From Nitrospinota bacterium (GTDB taxonomy: Bacteria > UBA8248), in assembly GCA_036231405.1 (NCBI GenBank), contig JAZAHK010000046.1:7567-71566 (forward strand): a stretch of 64,000 nucleotides of DNA, written 5' to 3'. A program made the position numbers and the translations under genes. Positions 41,182 through 50,159 of the stretch are shown here, piece after piece; position 1 is the first letter of the stretch; each line of letters begins with the position of its first letter. The notes beneath the pieces were generated by a model. That model searched no databases, had not been told where the DNA came from, and saw only the letters and a program-made list of their open reading frames with translations.

Positions 41182-42320
41182 AAATTTAGAATTTTTCTTA
41201 GAAAAGAGATTCTTTGTACACTTTTTTTGGTAACTAATGATAGCATTGCAACTTTCTTTTTCTTTATTTCGAGTGTTACTTTTCCTATAATCTGACCCTT
41301 TGAAATGGGTGCAGTCAATACATCTGGAATCTTGTTTTTGATAGAAATTTTATTTACATTTTCTCTTCTGATAAGGATCTTTTTTTTGCCAATCATCTTT
41401 AGTTCTACAGTTTTTTCAACTCCATCTAAAATTTTAATTTTCCTAGTGTTTTTATTTAATTTTTCTTTTACGTTTAACCACATATAACGATTAAAACCCC
41501 AAGAAAGTAATTTACTTGTTTCTGAAAATCTCACTCGAGAACTCTTTGCGCCAAACACTATTGCAATAAGACGTAAATTAGATTTTTTGGCGGTAGCAAC
41601 AATACTGAATCCTGCTTTTCTGTAGAATCCTGTTTTCAGACCATCTAGTCCAGGGAAGCGTCCAATTAAAAGATTTGTATTTGTAAGAACAAATTGATTT
41701 TTTCTAAATCCTTCATTCTTAATGCTGCTAAATTTCGTCGTCATTGGAATCTTTAATAGTGCTCTCGCTAAGATACCTGCATCTTCAGCACTCATAAGGT
41801 TTGGAGGCTTTCCTCTGTTTGGTGGAAGACCGTTAACATTGATGAATCTTGTGTTTCTCATTCCTAATTCCTTAGCTGTAACATTCATTAGGTCAGTAAA
41901 TCCTTCGGAACTACCTGAAATATGTTCAGCTAATGCATATGCTGCATCGTTTGCGGAACTAATCATTATTGCTTTAAGGAGATCAATAACCCTGAATTTT
42001 TCGCCTTGTGCTAGGTAAACCTGTTGCCCGCCTATTTTAGAAGCTTTTCTAGAAACAAAGACAAATTCATTGAGACTCAGGTTCTTGTTTTGTATTTCTC
42101 TCAAAGCGATATAAGAAGTCATCATTTTGACTATTGATGCAGGAATAACTCTTTTATGTGGATTGAACGATTTTAGAATTTTTCCAGTTTCTGCTTCTAT
42201 AAGGAGTGCGGATTTGTAGATATTTCCCTGAGTTTTTTTTCTTCTAATTTTAGCTTCTGTCAAACTGGTAGTAATTACTAAAACAAGAAAAATAATTGAG
42301 AAAAAAAGAAATTTTAAAAT
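41178..42320 (-). CDS. dacA: D-alanyl-D-alanine carboxypeptidase (PBP5/6-type, S11 family); likely starts at ATT 42320
   Basis: SxxK (SIVKMM), SxN (SSANDAA) and KTG (LKTGFYRKAG) motifs. A signal peptide (M)LKFLFFSIIFLVLVITTSLTEA begins at ATT 42318..42320. The longest ORF (ATG 42440) adds a 40-aa non-homologous extension. Confidence 0.75.
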   Translation of the reverse strand: MLKFLFFSIIFLVLVITTSLTEAKIRRKKTQGNIYKSALLIEAETGKILKSFNPHKRVIPASIVKMMTSYIALREIQNKNLSLNEFVFVSRKASKIGGQQVYLAQGEKFRVIDLLKAIMISSANDAAYALAEHISGSSEGFTDLMNVTAKELGMRNTRFINVNGLPPNRGKPPNLMSAEDAGILARALLKIPMTTKFSSIKNEGFRKNQFVLTNTNLLIGRFPGLDGLKTGFYRKAGFSIVATAKKSNLRLIAIVFGAKSSRVRFSETSKLLSWGFNRYMWLNVKEKLNKNTRKIKILDGVEKTVELKMIGKKKILIRRENVNKISIKNKIPDVLTAPISKGQIIGKVTLEIKKKKVAMLSLVTKKSVQRISFLRKILNF

Positions 42321-42568
42321 CGTATTATAGGACTTTTCTAACTCTTGCAATGCGCAATTTCCCGTAGCGTGATTAAAAGCCAAAAGGTAGGCGAAAAATT
42401 GATATGTGTGTAGATTATACGTAAGTTTTCTTTTTGTCAAAAATGTTGATTAACAATTTATAGTAAGATTTTCTTGAAGACGTCACCTAACTTTGCTAGC
42501 ATACGAATCTAGATTACTTGAAAACATGTTGCTTAAAATATTTTCACCCGATTTAAAGGGGTATTTGT

Positions 42569-43444
42569 ATGTTTAAAGGTTCTTTTGTTGCTCTTGTAAC
42601 TCCTTTTGATAATGGGACTATAGATGAGAATTCCTTACAGTCACTGGTAAATTTCCATATAGAGAATAAAACTCATGGCATAGTGGCATGTGGGACTACT
42701 GGAGAGTCAGCTACATTGACTCATCTAGAACATGACCGTGTAATTGAACTAGTGGTAAAATTTGTGGATGGAAGTATTCCTGTCATCGCGGGCTGTGGCT
42801 CTAATAGTACTGCCGAAGCCATAGAGAGAACAAAGTTTGCCAAGGAGATAGGGGCGGATGGTGCTTTGCTAGTAGCTCCTTATTACAATAAACCTACTCA
42901 AGAAGGTCTTTATCAACATTTTAAGTCTGTAGCCGAATCTGCAGATATTCCTAATGTTTTATATAACGTCCCTGGAAGGACCGTCACAGAGATTTCCCCT
43001 GACACCGTTTCTCGGTTGTCTGAAATTCCTAATATTATAGGTATCAAGGAAGCAACTGGAGATCTTGCAAATTGCTGTGAAATCATTTCGAAAGTTCCTG
43101 ATGATTTTGTAGTATTGTCAGGAGATGATTTTGTTACGTTGCCGATGATGGCTATGGGTGCAGTTGGGACTATTTCTGTAACTGCAAATGTTTCTCCTTT
43201 AAACGTTTCGACAATGTGCCAAGCTCAATTGGATGGGAAATTTAATGTTGCTAAAGAACTTCATTACAAAATGTGGGATTTAAATAGAATGATGTTTTTA
43301 GAGACAAATCCAATCCCAGCGAAATTCACTCTTTCTCTAATGGGAAAAGTAAAACCTGAGTTCCGTTTGCCTCTATGTCTCCCTTCAAAAGATAATGCAA
43401 GAACATTAGAAGACTTTGCCTCTTCTTATGGTTTGTTAGGATAA
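42569..43444 (+). CDS. dapA: 4-hydroxy-tetrahydrodipicolinate synthase
   Basis: 291 aa. TIM-barrel DHDPS family with GTTGES motif and the Schiff-base lysine region (IIGIKEATGD). Confidence 0.9.
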   Translation: MFKGSFVALVTPFDNGTIDENSLQSLVNFHIENKTHGIVACGTTGESATLTHLEHDRVIELVVKFVDGSIPVIAGCGSNSTAEAIERTKFAKEIGADGALLVAPYYNKPTQEGLYQHFKSVAESADIPNVLYNVPGRTVTEISPDTVSRLSEIPNIIGIKEATGDLANCCEIISKVPDDFVVLSGDDFVTLPMMAMGAVGTISVTANVSPLNVSTMCQAQLDGKFNVAKELHYKMWDLNRMMFLETNPIPAKFTLSLMGKVKPEFRLPLCLPSKDNARTLEDFASSYGLLG

Positions 43445-43455
43445 ACCTTCATTGA

Positions 43456-43488
43456 CCACCCCTTGTCCAATTTTCTGAAAAGGGGTGG
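43456..43488. terminator. Stem-loop between convergent dapA and aqpZ (9-bp stem CCACCCCTT/AAGGGGTGG, 15-nt loop)
   Basis: Perfect inverted repeat read directly; no strong U-tract on either side. Confidence 0.4.
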
Positions 43489-43501
43489 TAGATAAAGAAT
43501 C

Positions 43502-44167
43502 TTAATTATCGTCTTCGATGAAACATTTCTTGTAAATGACTGCTGCTAAAACTCCGCCAATCATAGGTCCAATCCAATATACTAGATGGTTGACACCGTC
43601 AAATCCCCCTCCAGCCAAAGCAGGACCGAAGGTTCTAGCAGGATTCATAGATGCTCCTGTTAACGGTCCTCCGATTAAGATATCAGCCGCAACTGTTAAC
43701 CCGATACCGAATCCACCAATATCTGGTTTCCTTTTGTCTACGGCAGTTCCCCAAATTGATGTTACTAGGAAGAAAGTCAAAATAATTTCGATTAAGATTG
43801 CAGTGCCGAAACTGACTCCGCTCGCAACGGTTGGAGTTCCGAGTTTTACCTTCATCCACACGTCTGGACTAAAGATTATTGTCAAAATCCAACCAGCTAT
43901 TGATGCCCCTAAGAGTTGAGCAATAATGTAAAGGAAACTCATTTTTGGTTCCTGTTTTCCTGTTACCATGAATCCGATCGTAACCGCAGGATTGAAATGT
44001 CCTCCGCAAATAGGTCCAAGTGCAGAAATCATAACGGATAGTATTAGACCATGTGCTAGAGCAACTCCAACTAATCCGGCATTTCCTATGATAGCTCCAG
44101 CACCGACAAAGCATAGGGCAAAAGTCCCAATTGCCTCGGCGAGAAGCATTCCTCCCGTTTTATTCAT
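43502..44167 (-). CDS. aqpZ: Aquaporin / MIP family channel
   Basis: 221 aa. Two NPA boxes (HFNPAVT and NPARTFGPA), 6 TM. Confidence 0.88.
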   Translation of the reverse strand: MNKTGGMLLAEAIGTFALCFVGAGAIIGNAGLVGVALAHGLILSVMISALGPICGGHFNPAVTIGFMVTGKQEPKMSFLYIIAQLLGASIAGWILTIIFSPDVWMKVKLGTPTVASGVSFGTAILIEIILTFFLVTSIWGTAVDKRKPDIGGFGIGLTVAADILIGGPLTGASMNPARTFGPALAGGGFDGVNHLVYWIGPMIGGVLAAVIYKKCFIEDDN

Positions 44168-44315
44168 TTTAATAACTCCTTATTCTTTCTGGCGGTAGAC
44201 TCTTTTGTGGGTTTGAATTTGGGCAGAAGTTTATTTAGATAATCAAATTCTGATAATAAAGTATTTTTAATAGAAAATAGGTCAATAAGCAATCAGTTTT
44301 TGTTCGATAGATTTT

Positions 44316-45269
44316 TCAACACACTAGATTTTGTTTTTTTCCTTTGAAAAATTGTTTTACATTCTCTACGGTAAGTTCTAATCCAGCTTTTGTGACTTCA
44401 GGTGTGATTCCTGCGTTATGCGGAGATAAAGTTACATTTTTTAGCTTATTCAATTGGTTAGTGTCAGGTAGAGGTTCATTTTCGAAAACATCGAGTCCTG
44501 CAGCAGAAATTCTTTGTTCCTTAAGAGCCTCGATTAAGTCTTTCTCGTTAATGATAGGTCCTCTAGCAGTGTTGACAATTATAGCTGTTTTTTTCATTTT
44601 TTCTATAGTTTTTTTATTGACGAAGTCTAAAGTTTCAGGAGATTGTCTAAGATGTAATGAAACTACATCAGATATTTGAAAGAGTTCATTCAATTCAACA
44701 AGCTTGATGCCTTCTTTTTTTGTGAATTCCTTGTCTGGATGAAAAGTCCATGCTACGACGTTCATACCAAGTCCTCTCGCTAGAATAGCTGTTTGTTTGC
44801 CAATTGCCCCTAACCCTATAATTCCTATCGTTTTTCCATGCATTTGGATCATCTCTCCACGTGGCCAACCTCCTTCACGTATAGTATTATCATTTTCGTT
44901 AATCTTACGAGCGGTAGATAACATAAGAGTAATTGCGTGTTCGGCTACGGAAAAGGCCGCAACACCTGGAGTATTTGTTACCGTCACCCCATTTTTTTTT
45001 GCGGTTTCTAAATCAACGTGATCTGTTCCTGTCCCCCAGATAGAGATTATTTTAAGTGTTTTAATTTTTTCAAAAAAGATTTTGTCGAATTTACAAAAAG
45101 CACGGATATTCAAAATTGCATCAGCACCTTGCACTCGTTCCAAAAGTTCATCGCCGTTTTCTGGTTTTGAACAAAAAATCCTAGTTTCCCCAATTTCTTT
45201 CAATCTTTCTTCTATTTCAGTGCCGGATACTACGGAGGGAAAATCATCGGGAATGGCGATAATACTCAT
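44316..45269 (-). CDS. D-isomer-specific 2-hydroxyacid dehydrogenase (glycerate/hydroxypyruvate reductase-like)
   Basis: 317 aa. NAD-binding GIIGLGAIGKQ, catalytic R/E/H region (LSPHNAGIT). Confidence 0.85.
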   Translation of the reverse strand: MSIIAIPDDFPSVVSGTEIEERLKEIGETRIFCSKPENGDELLERVQGADAILNIRAFCKFDKIFFEKIKTLKIISIWGTGTDHVDLETAKKNGVTVTNTPGVAAFSVAEHAITLMLSTARKINENDNTIREGGWPRGEMIQMHGKTIGIIGLGAIGKQTAILARGLGMNVVAWTFHPDKEFTKKEGIKLVELNELFQISDVVSLHLRQSPETLDFVNKKTIEKMKKTAIIVNTARGPIINEKDLIEALKEQRISAAGLDVFENEPLPDTNQLNKLKNVTLSPHNAGITPEVTKAGLELTVENVKQFFKGKKQNLVC

Positions 45270-45414
45270 GAAAATTACTCCTACGTTAAGGTTACAATCT
45301 AATAATATGTCAAGGCTATTTTTTTAGTCAAAACTATTATATATTTTTTTGTTCATATATTTACAAAAACTTTTTCGTCTATATGGTGTACTTCGGAAGG
45401 TGGATTTGCTAATT

Positions 45415-46734
45415 ATGCTAACGGATAGTAAGTTTTTAAGACGTCGAATTGAGGAAATCGTAAGTGCTTGCACGTTTTGTGGAAAATGTTTCGAAATTTG
45501 TCCTACAGTTCCTTATACTTCAGTAAAGGGCGCAAATTCTGAAGAAGTTACAAAAGATGTTGTCAATATTTTAAAAGATAAAGATTTTGGTGAAGATTCC
45601 GAAGTCTGGGTAAATTCCTGCGATAAAAGTGGAATCTGTATAGATGCATGTCCTGAAGATATAAATCCGCGAGAAATGCTTACATATGCTAAATTAAAAC
45701 TTCAATACGACTCAGAAGGTGTTGAAAAAAACAAGGAAAAGAGTAGGGATTATTTTCGATTATTGAGCAATACAATAAGATTCGTTTCGGCCCTTCAGGT
45801 GCCATTGGATTCTTATAGAAATTTGATTTCTGTGAAGGTGAAGAAGAAAAAAAAATCAAAGACAGTTTTCTATTTCGGTTGTAACATTTTACAAACTCCA
45901 CATATTTTATTCTCTTCTATAGAAATTTTTGATCGTCTTGGTATTGATTTTGAAATTGCTGGTGGCATTGGTCACTGTTGTGGAATTAATCATATAAGAA
46001 GGGGTGATTTGGAAACAGGAGTAAAAATGGGATCGAATTCTCTCAAACACTTTTTGTCGTACGAACCAGAGAGAATCATTACATTTTGTCCGACTTGTCA
46101 GATGCAATACACTGAATATTCAGATCTATATACAGAAGGGCTAAATATTTTACGTGCTTCTGACAATTCAATACTTCCAGTAGATGATAATGATAGAGTT
46201 CCTTTCATCCATATTACTCAATATTTGATTGAAAATTTATCTCATTTAATTTCACTTTTTGTGAAGCCCGTTAAAAAAAGAGTTGCGATTCATTTGCATA
46301 GTGGTATTGAAGAAATAGAGAAGAATGTGCAGAAAATTGTTTCCTCGATTCCTGGTATAGATCTTATTGAAATTGAACAAAAGAAAGATCATTCCTATCA
46401 GTGTCCATCTCTCGTGATTCCAGAGGCAAAAGAAGCCATGCGTACTCAACTTTTCGATTCAGCAAAAAAAGAAAATATAGATTCTTTAGTGACTGTTTAT
46501 CATAGCTGTCATCGTGAACTTTGTGGAGAAGAAAAGAACCAGCCATTTGAAATCGTAAATTTCACCTCTTTATTAGGTGAGGCAATGGGTTTTGAGTATA
46601 GTGATGTCCTAAAGAATCTTAAAGTGGAAGAAAATTGGGAACAAGTCTTGGTACAAGCACAAAATTCACTTATTGAACATGGTTTCCATAAAGAAGACAT
46701 TGAAGAACTACTGGCAAATGCACTCGATAGGTAA
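45415..46734 (+). CDS. (Fe-S)-binding oxidoreductase with two 4Fe-4S ferredoxin motifs and two CCG domains (HdrD/GlpC/GlcF-like)
   Basis: CTFCGKCFEICP and CDKSGICIDACP clusters, then cysteine-rich CCG-type repeats (FGCN...CCG..., CPTCQ, HSCH). The ATG at 45415 with upstream GGAAGG is preferred over the TTG-extended ORF from 45349. Confidence 0.75.
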   Translation: MLTDSKFLRRRIEEIVSACTFCGKCFEICPTVPYTSVKGANSEEVTKDVVNILKDKDFGEDSEVWVNSCDKSGICIDACPEDINPREMLTYAKLKLQYDSEGVEKNKEKSRDYFRLLSNTIRFVSALQVPLDSYRNLISVKVKKKKKSKTVFYFGCNILQTPHILFSSIEIFDRLGIDFEIAGGIGHCCGINHIRRGDLETGVKMGSNSLKHFLSYEPERIITFCPTCQMQYTEYSDLYTEGLNILRASDNSILPVDDNDRVPFIHITQYLIENLSHLISLFVKPVKKRVAIHLHSGIEEIEKNVQKIVSSIPGIDLIEIEQKKDHSYQCPSLVIPEAKEAMRTQLFDSAKKENIDSLVTVYHSCHRELCGEEKNQPFEIVNFTSLLGEAMGFEYSDVLKNLKVEENWEQVLVQAQNSLIEHGFHKEDIEELLANALDR

Positions 46735-46902
46735 AATTCGTACGAAAGAGACATATTATATTTTCCTTATTATCCTGGATTAAAAATCAAAAAAAAAATC
46801 TGTATTAGTTTAATTGACCCAAAAAAAGAGCCAGAAGGATTAATTCTATCGCGCATTCTTTACGATGCACTTGAAATTAAAGGATTTTCTCCCACTTTAC
46901 TT

Positions 46903-47916
46903 TTGCTTGGAAGTGTTTCTAGACCTATACAAGAGGAAGATATGGAAGGGAAACGCATAATTTTTTTTCCTTGGAATTTTTTGAAAAATTCTCTTTTTAA
47001 ATCAAAGGGAATTGAGGAGATATTGTCCGAATTTTCTTTTGGAATTGCTGTTGGAAGGTGGTTTGAAAGTGCCATACTTTTGTACCAATCCCACCTTCCT
47101 TTTTCCTTGTGGATTTCTAATTCTGTCTTGGATAGCAAGAGAGCTTTTTTAGAAAATTCGCAATTTCCTTTAAAGTTGGGGAGGGTAATTTATAAGAGAG
47201 TTCTCGTATATGAAAATAAAATCATGAAAGCTGCAAAATTTATATGGGTTACTAGTGACACATCAAAAAAAAATTTTTTGAATTGGTATAAAGATTTCAA
47301 CAAAAAGATTAGGCATCTTAGAATACCCTTTGACGATAAACAAAATATTTTCCTCTCTGATAACAGTAAATCTGAAAGAAGAATACTTTTTTTTGGAAGT
47401 GGTGAACTTTCAGTCTTAGATTTTCTTGGATTTCTTCGAGTTTTTAAAAATATAAAGTTAACCGCAGGTACTGAAGATATTCTTTTGGAAGTATTAGGAG
47501 AGGAACCTAAGAGTATTTTTTTTCGTTTTGCATTGAGAGGTATGGAGCTTGACAAAGATATTACTTTTACAAAAATTAATCATACTGATGATATTGACAA
47601 GTCTTTTCAAGGTTCCTGGGTCTATGTTGAACCCTCTGATTTTGATCTAATGGGAGTAGGGTTCTTGAAAGCTGTGTCCTTCGGTATCCCAGTGGTGTCG
47701 TGTTTTGGATCAATTTCTGGGGAAGTTATTACTGACGGAGAACATGGTCTGCTCGTCCCCACTAGAGATTACGAATCGCTTAATAGTGCGCTTTCTCAAC
47801 TAATCTTTAATGACCGAGTGAGGGATGATTGTCGTAATTTTGCATATGAAGCTTTGAAAGAAGAGTTTTCAAAGAAATTTTTTGATTCAGAATTAGAACT
47901 TTTACAAAATCACTAA
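46903..47916 (+). CDS. GT-B fold glycosyltransferase (GT4-like, degenerate motif); N-terminus likely extends upstream of the annotated TTG
   Basis: C-terminal VEPSDFDLMGVGFLKAVSFGIPVV...GLLVP resembles the GT4 E-x7-E region. The in-frame upstream peptide KKKICISLIDPKKEPEGLILSRILYDALEIKGFSPTLLLLG looks like a genuine GT4 N-terminus but has no ATG/GTG/TTG. Confidence 0.55.
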   Translation: MLGSVSRPIQEEDMEGKRIIFFPWNFLKNSLFKSKGIEEILSEFSFGIAVGRWFESAILLYQSHLPFSLWISNSVLDSKRAFLENSQFPLKLGRVIYKRVLVYENKIMKAAKFIWVTSDTSKKNFLNWYKDFNKKIRHLRIPFDDKQNIFLSDNSKSERRILFFGSGELSVLDFLGFLRVFKNIKLTAGTEDILLEVLGEEPKSIFFRFALRGMELDKDITFTKINHTDDIDKSFQGSWVYVEPSDFDLMGVGFLKAVSFGIPVVSCFGSISGEVITDGEHGLLVPTRDYESLNSALSQLIFNDRVRDDCRNFAYEALKEEFSKKFFDSELELLQNH

Positions 47917-47947
47917 TTATTCAACTAAATTTATAAAGGAGAAAGAC

Positions 47948-48325
47948 ATGGAGAGAGCAGTACCATTTTTGCCGATAAATACTGATGAGATTGAATGGCA
48001 GGATGGAGAGCAAATCTTAGGTCTTCCTGAGGGGTTAAAGGTCAAAATAATTGCAGAAGCAGAGGATGATGTTTCAGAGCGTGTGGATAAGTTTGTAAAA
48101 TTTCCTCCAGGATATGTAGAGCCAAGACACACTCATGATTATTTTCATTCGACCCTCGTTCTAGAGGGAGAAATGCACGTTGATGGGAAGATTCTTAAAT
48201 TTGGAGATTATGTGTATGGAGGGGGAGATGTCCCACATGGTCCTTATCATTACCCCAAAGGTTGCATGGTTTATTCAGCTGGAAGAGGAAAAAAATTAAG
48301 TCAGATACATAACAGGGCAGATTAG
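47948..48325 (+). CDS. Cupin-domain protein (ChrR-like cupin)
   Basis: 125 aa. Double-stranded beta-helix motif region PGYVEPRHTHDYFHSTLVLEGE...GDVPHGPYH. Confidence 0.6.
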   Translation: MERAVPFLPINTDEIEWQDGEQILGLPEGLKVKIIAEAEDDVSERVDKFVKFPPGYVEPRHTHDYFHSTLVLEGEMHVDGKILKFGDYVYGGGDVPHGPYHYPKGCMVYSAGRGKKLSQIHNRAD

Positions 48326-48336
48326 TTGTTTAATAC

Positions 48337-49290
48337 TCAATTCTCTAATTTCCATCTGATTGAAATCTTCAGAGGATCTTTTAAATAAGGGAATGGCGCA
48401 GCCGTAGAAACGGCTTCTAGTGATGCTCTGTCTAAGAAGGTGTTCCCTGATGATTTTTGTACGGAGATCTTTTGAATACTTCCGTTTGGCTGAATTTTAA
48501 ATGTAATGATAGTAATGCCCTGTACTCCATTCCTTATGGCGATAGGCGGGTATAGGTATGCCTGTTTTTGCTGGATTCTTCGAGTAATTTCTCTTCTAAT
48601 CGATTCCAGTGGAGACTTCTTCTTTAAAATTATAGTTCCAGATTTTTTGCTAGTGTTGGAAACTTTTGCGATTCTAGTCTTCTTTGATTCCTTTTTTCTT
48701 TTGATTTCTTTTTTAACACGCATCTTACCTTGACTATTATTTATCTTTTCTACATTTATTTTTTTAAAGAAATTTGTATTTGTTCTATTAGGGGGTTTAT
48801 TTTCTTTGCTTGGTAGCATTGTTCTTTTAATTTTTTGATTTTCCCCCTTAGAAAGGGACACAGATAATTTTTTGAGTTCAGTGCTTTTAGTTTTATGAAC
48901 AATTCTAGAGTTTTGGTTGCTTCTTAATTTAAATTTTCTAGATGCCCTAGTTTTTCTAGAAGGAGCTCTTTTGGAGGCAGTATTTTGAAGGAGTTTTTTC
49001 TGTAATGTTTTATTGATTTTTGGAGTGAGAATAGTTTTTTTTGTAGATTTAAATTGCTTTTTTTTATTAATTTTACCGAATGAATGTTTTGTCCTCCTGT
49101 TCACCGAAATCTTTTGGTTAATTTTATCTGGTGCCCTTTTTATTTTAAGAGTAAAGACTTTTTCTTTGTTTTTTACAGTGTTCATAGGTAGGTTGGAAAA
49201 CGAAATAAAAAATAAAAGATGAATAAACAACGAAACGCCAAAAAAGAGGAATTTTTTCAAACCGTTGATTTTTGTTTTCTCTTTTCTCAT
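48337..49290 (-). CDS. tonB: TonB family energy transducer with an unusually lysine-rich central region
   Basis: 317 aa. N-terminal TM anchor (FLFFGVSLFIHLLFFISF), long K/R/S/T/N-rich spacer, C-terminal TonB domain (YPPIAIRNGVQGITIITFKIQPNGSI...). Last gene of the riboswitch/TBDT/ECF operon. Confidence 0.75.
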   Translation of the reverse strand: MRKEKTKINGLKKFLFFGVSLFIHLLFFISFSNLPMNTVKNKEKVFTLKIKRAPDKINQKISVNRRTKHSFGKINKKKQFKSTKKTILTPKINKTLQKKLLQNTASKRAPSRKTRASRKFKLRSNQNSRIVHKTKSTELKKLSVSLSKGENQKIKRTMLPSKENKPPNRTNTNFFKKINVEKINNSQGKMRVKKEIKRKKESKKTRIAKVSNTSKKSGTIILKKKSPLESIRREITRRIQQKQAYLYPPIAIRNGVQGITIITFKIQPNGSIQKISVQKSSGNTFLDRASLEAVSTAAPFPYLKDPLKISIRWKLEN

Positions 49291-49301
49291 TTACGGTCTC
49301 G

Positions 49302-50159
49302 TTACAATAATTTAGAAGTTATACGATAAAAAATACCGAAATAGGAATAAGAAAATAATCCGTTTGTATGTAACATTAATAATATTTTTGCAAATATGAT
49401 GAATCCCGTTATTGAACAAAGGGAAATAATAAAGATTTTCTCTTTTTTTTCTATTTTTGGGAGTTCGATTTTTGGTTGTTTGATATTTGGATTGTATGCA
49501 CGACTCAGCATTGAAAAAGTGATTGTTTCCGATCTTCTGATTGATGCTGCTATTATGGGTTTAGATAGTTTAAAAAGTGTTGTAAAAAGATTTAGGCCGC
49601 ATTTGCCAAAAATTCTAAGTCCCCTCATTCTTTGTGCTCTTAGGGCCGTCGTAGACTCTTCTAGCGTTAAAGGGATAAATCTGAAAACTGTAGCTGCTGT
49701 GAATGCGAGATGAGTAGGTACTCGAAAATAATTAAGTCCTCTTATTAAAGTTGTTGGACCAACACATAGGCTTACCGCGAACCCCGCGCTTATAGTTGCA
49801 ATGAAACGTAGAGACTGAAATGCTCCGTGTATTAGGCCTTCGGAATAGATTGCCAAACCACCAGTGAAATCCCCTAGGATAGGAGTTTCTTCTGAAAGAA
49901 TAACAAATAGAACGCTTTTTTGTGTTGAGGGATAAAATAACGCCTGCGAAAAGGTTATTCCCCAAACAGAACTAAGAACTAAAATTGAGAAAAAAAGAAT
50001 TTGTTTTCTTGTTGGATGAGAAAATAAAAACCATAAAAAACTTACTAGAGCAAGTATTGTTAAGGAAACTAGGCTGTCAAGAGTAATAGAGAGAATTGAA
50101 ATAATTAGAAGTAACATTATTTCAAAGCTAGGATTTTTCAAATATTCTTCTCGGGTCAT
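49302..50159 (-). CDS. ecfT: ECF transporter transmembrane (T) component, CbiQ family
   Basis: The ATG at 50159 overlaps the ecfA stop (ATGA). C-terminal coupling-helix region with ...RAQRMRG... (Ala-Arg-Gly motif region). Confidence 0.75.
   Translation of the reverse strand: MTREEYLKNPSFEIMLLLIISILSITLDSLVSLTILALVSFLWFLFSHPTRKQILFFSILVLSSVWGITFSQALFYPSTQKSVLFVILSEETPILGDFTGGLAIYSEGLIHGAFQSLRFIATISAGFAVSLCVGPTTLIRGLNYFRVPTHLAFTAATVFRFIPLTLEESTTALRAQRMRGLRIFGKCGLNLFTTLFKLSKPIIAASIRRSETITFSMLSRAYNPNIKQPKIELPKIEKKEKIFIISLCSITGFIIFAKILLMLHTNGLFSYSYFGIFYRITSKLL

Noticed and set aside
45349-45414. TTG-initiated N-terminal extension of the Fe-S oxidoreductase
   Set aside because: The extension (MFIYLQKLFRLYGVLRKVDLLI) is non-homologous and hydrophobic, whereas ATG 45415 with an upstream GGAAGG gives an N-terminus placed right before the first Cys cluster.
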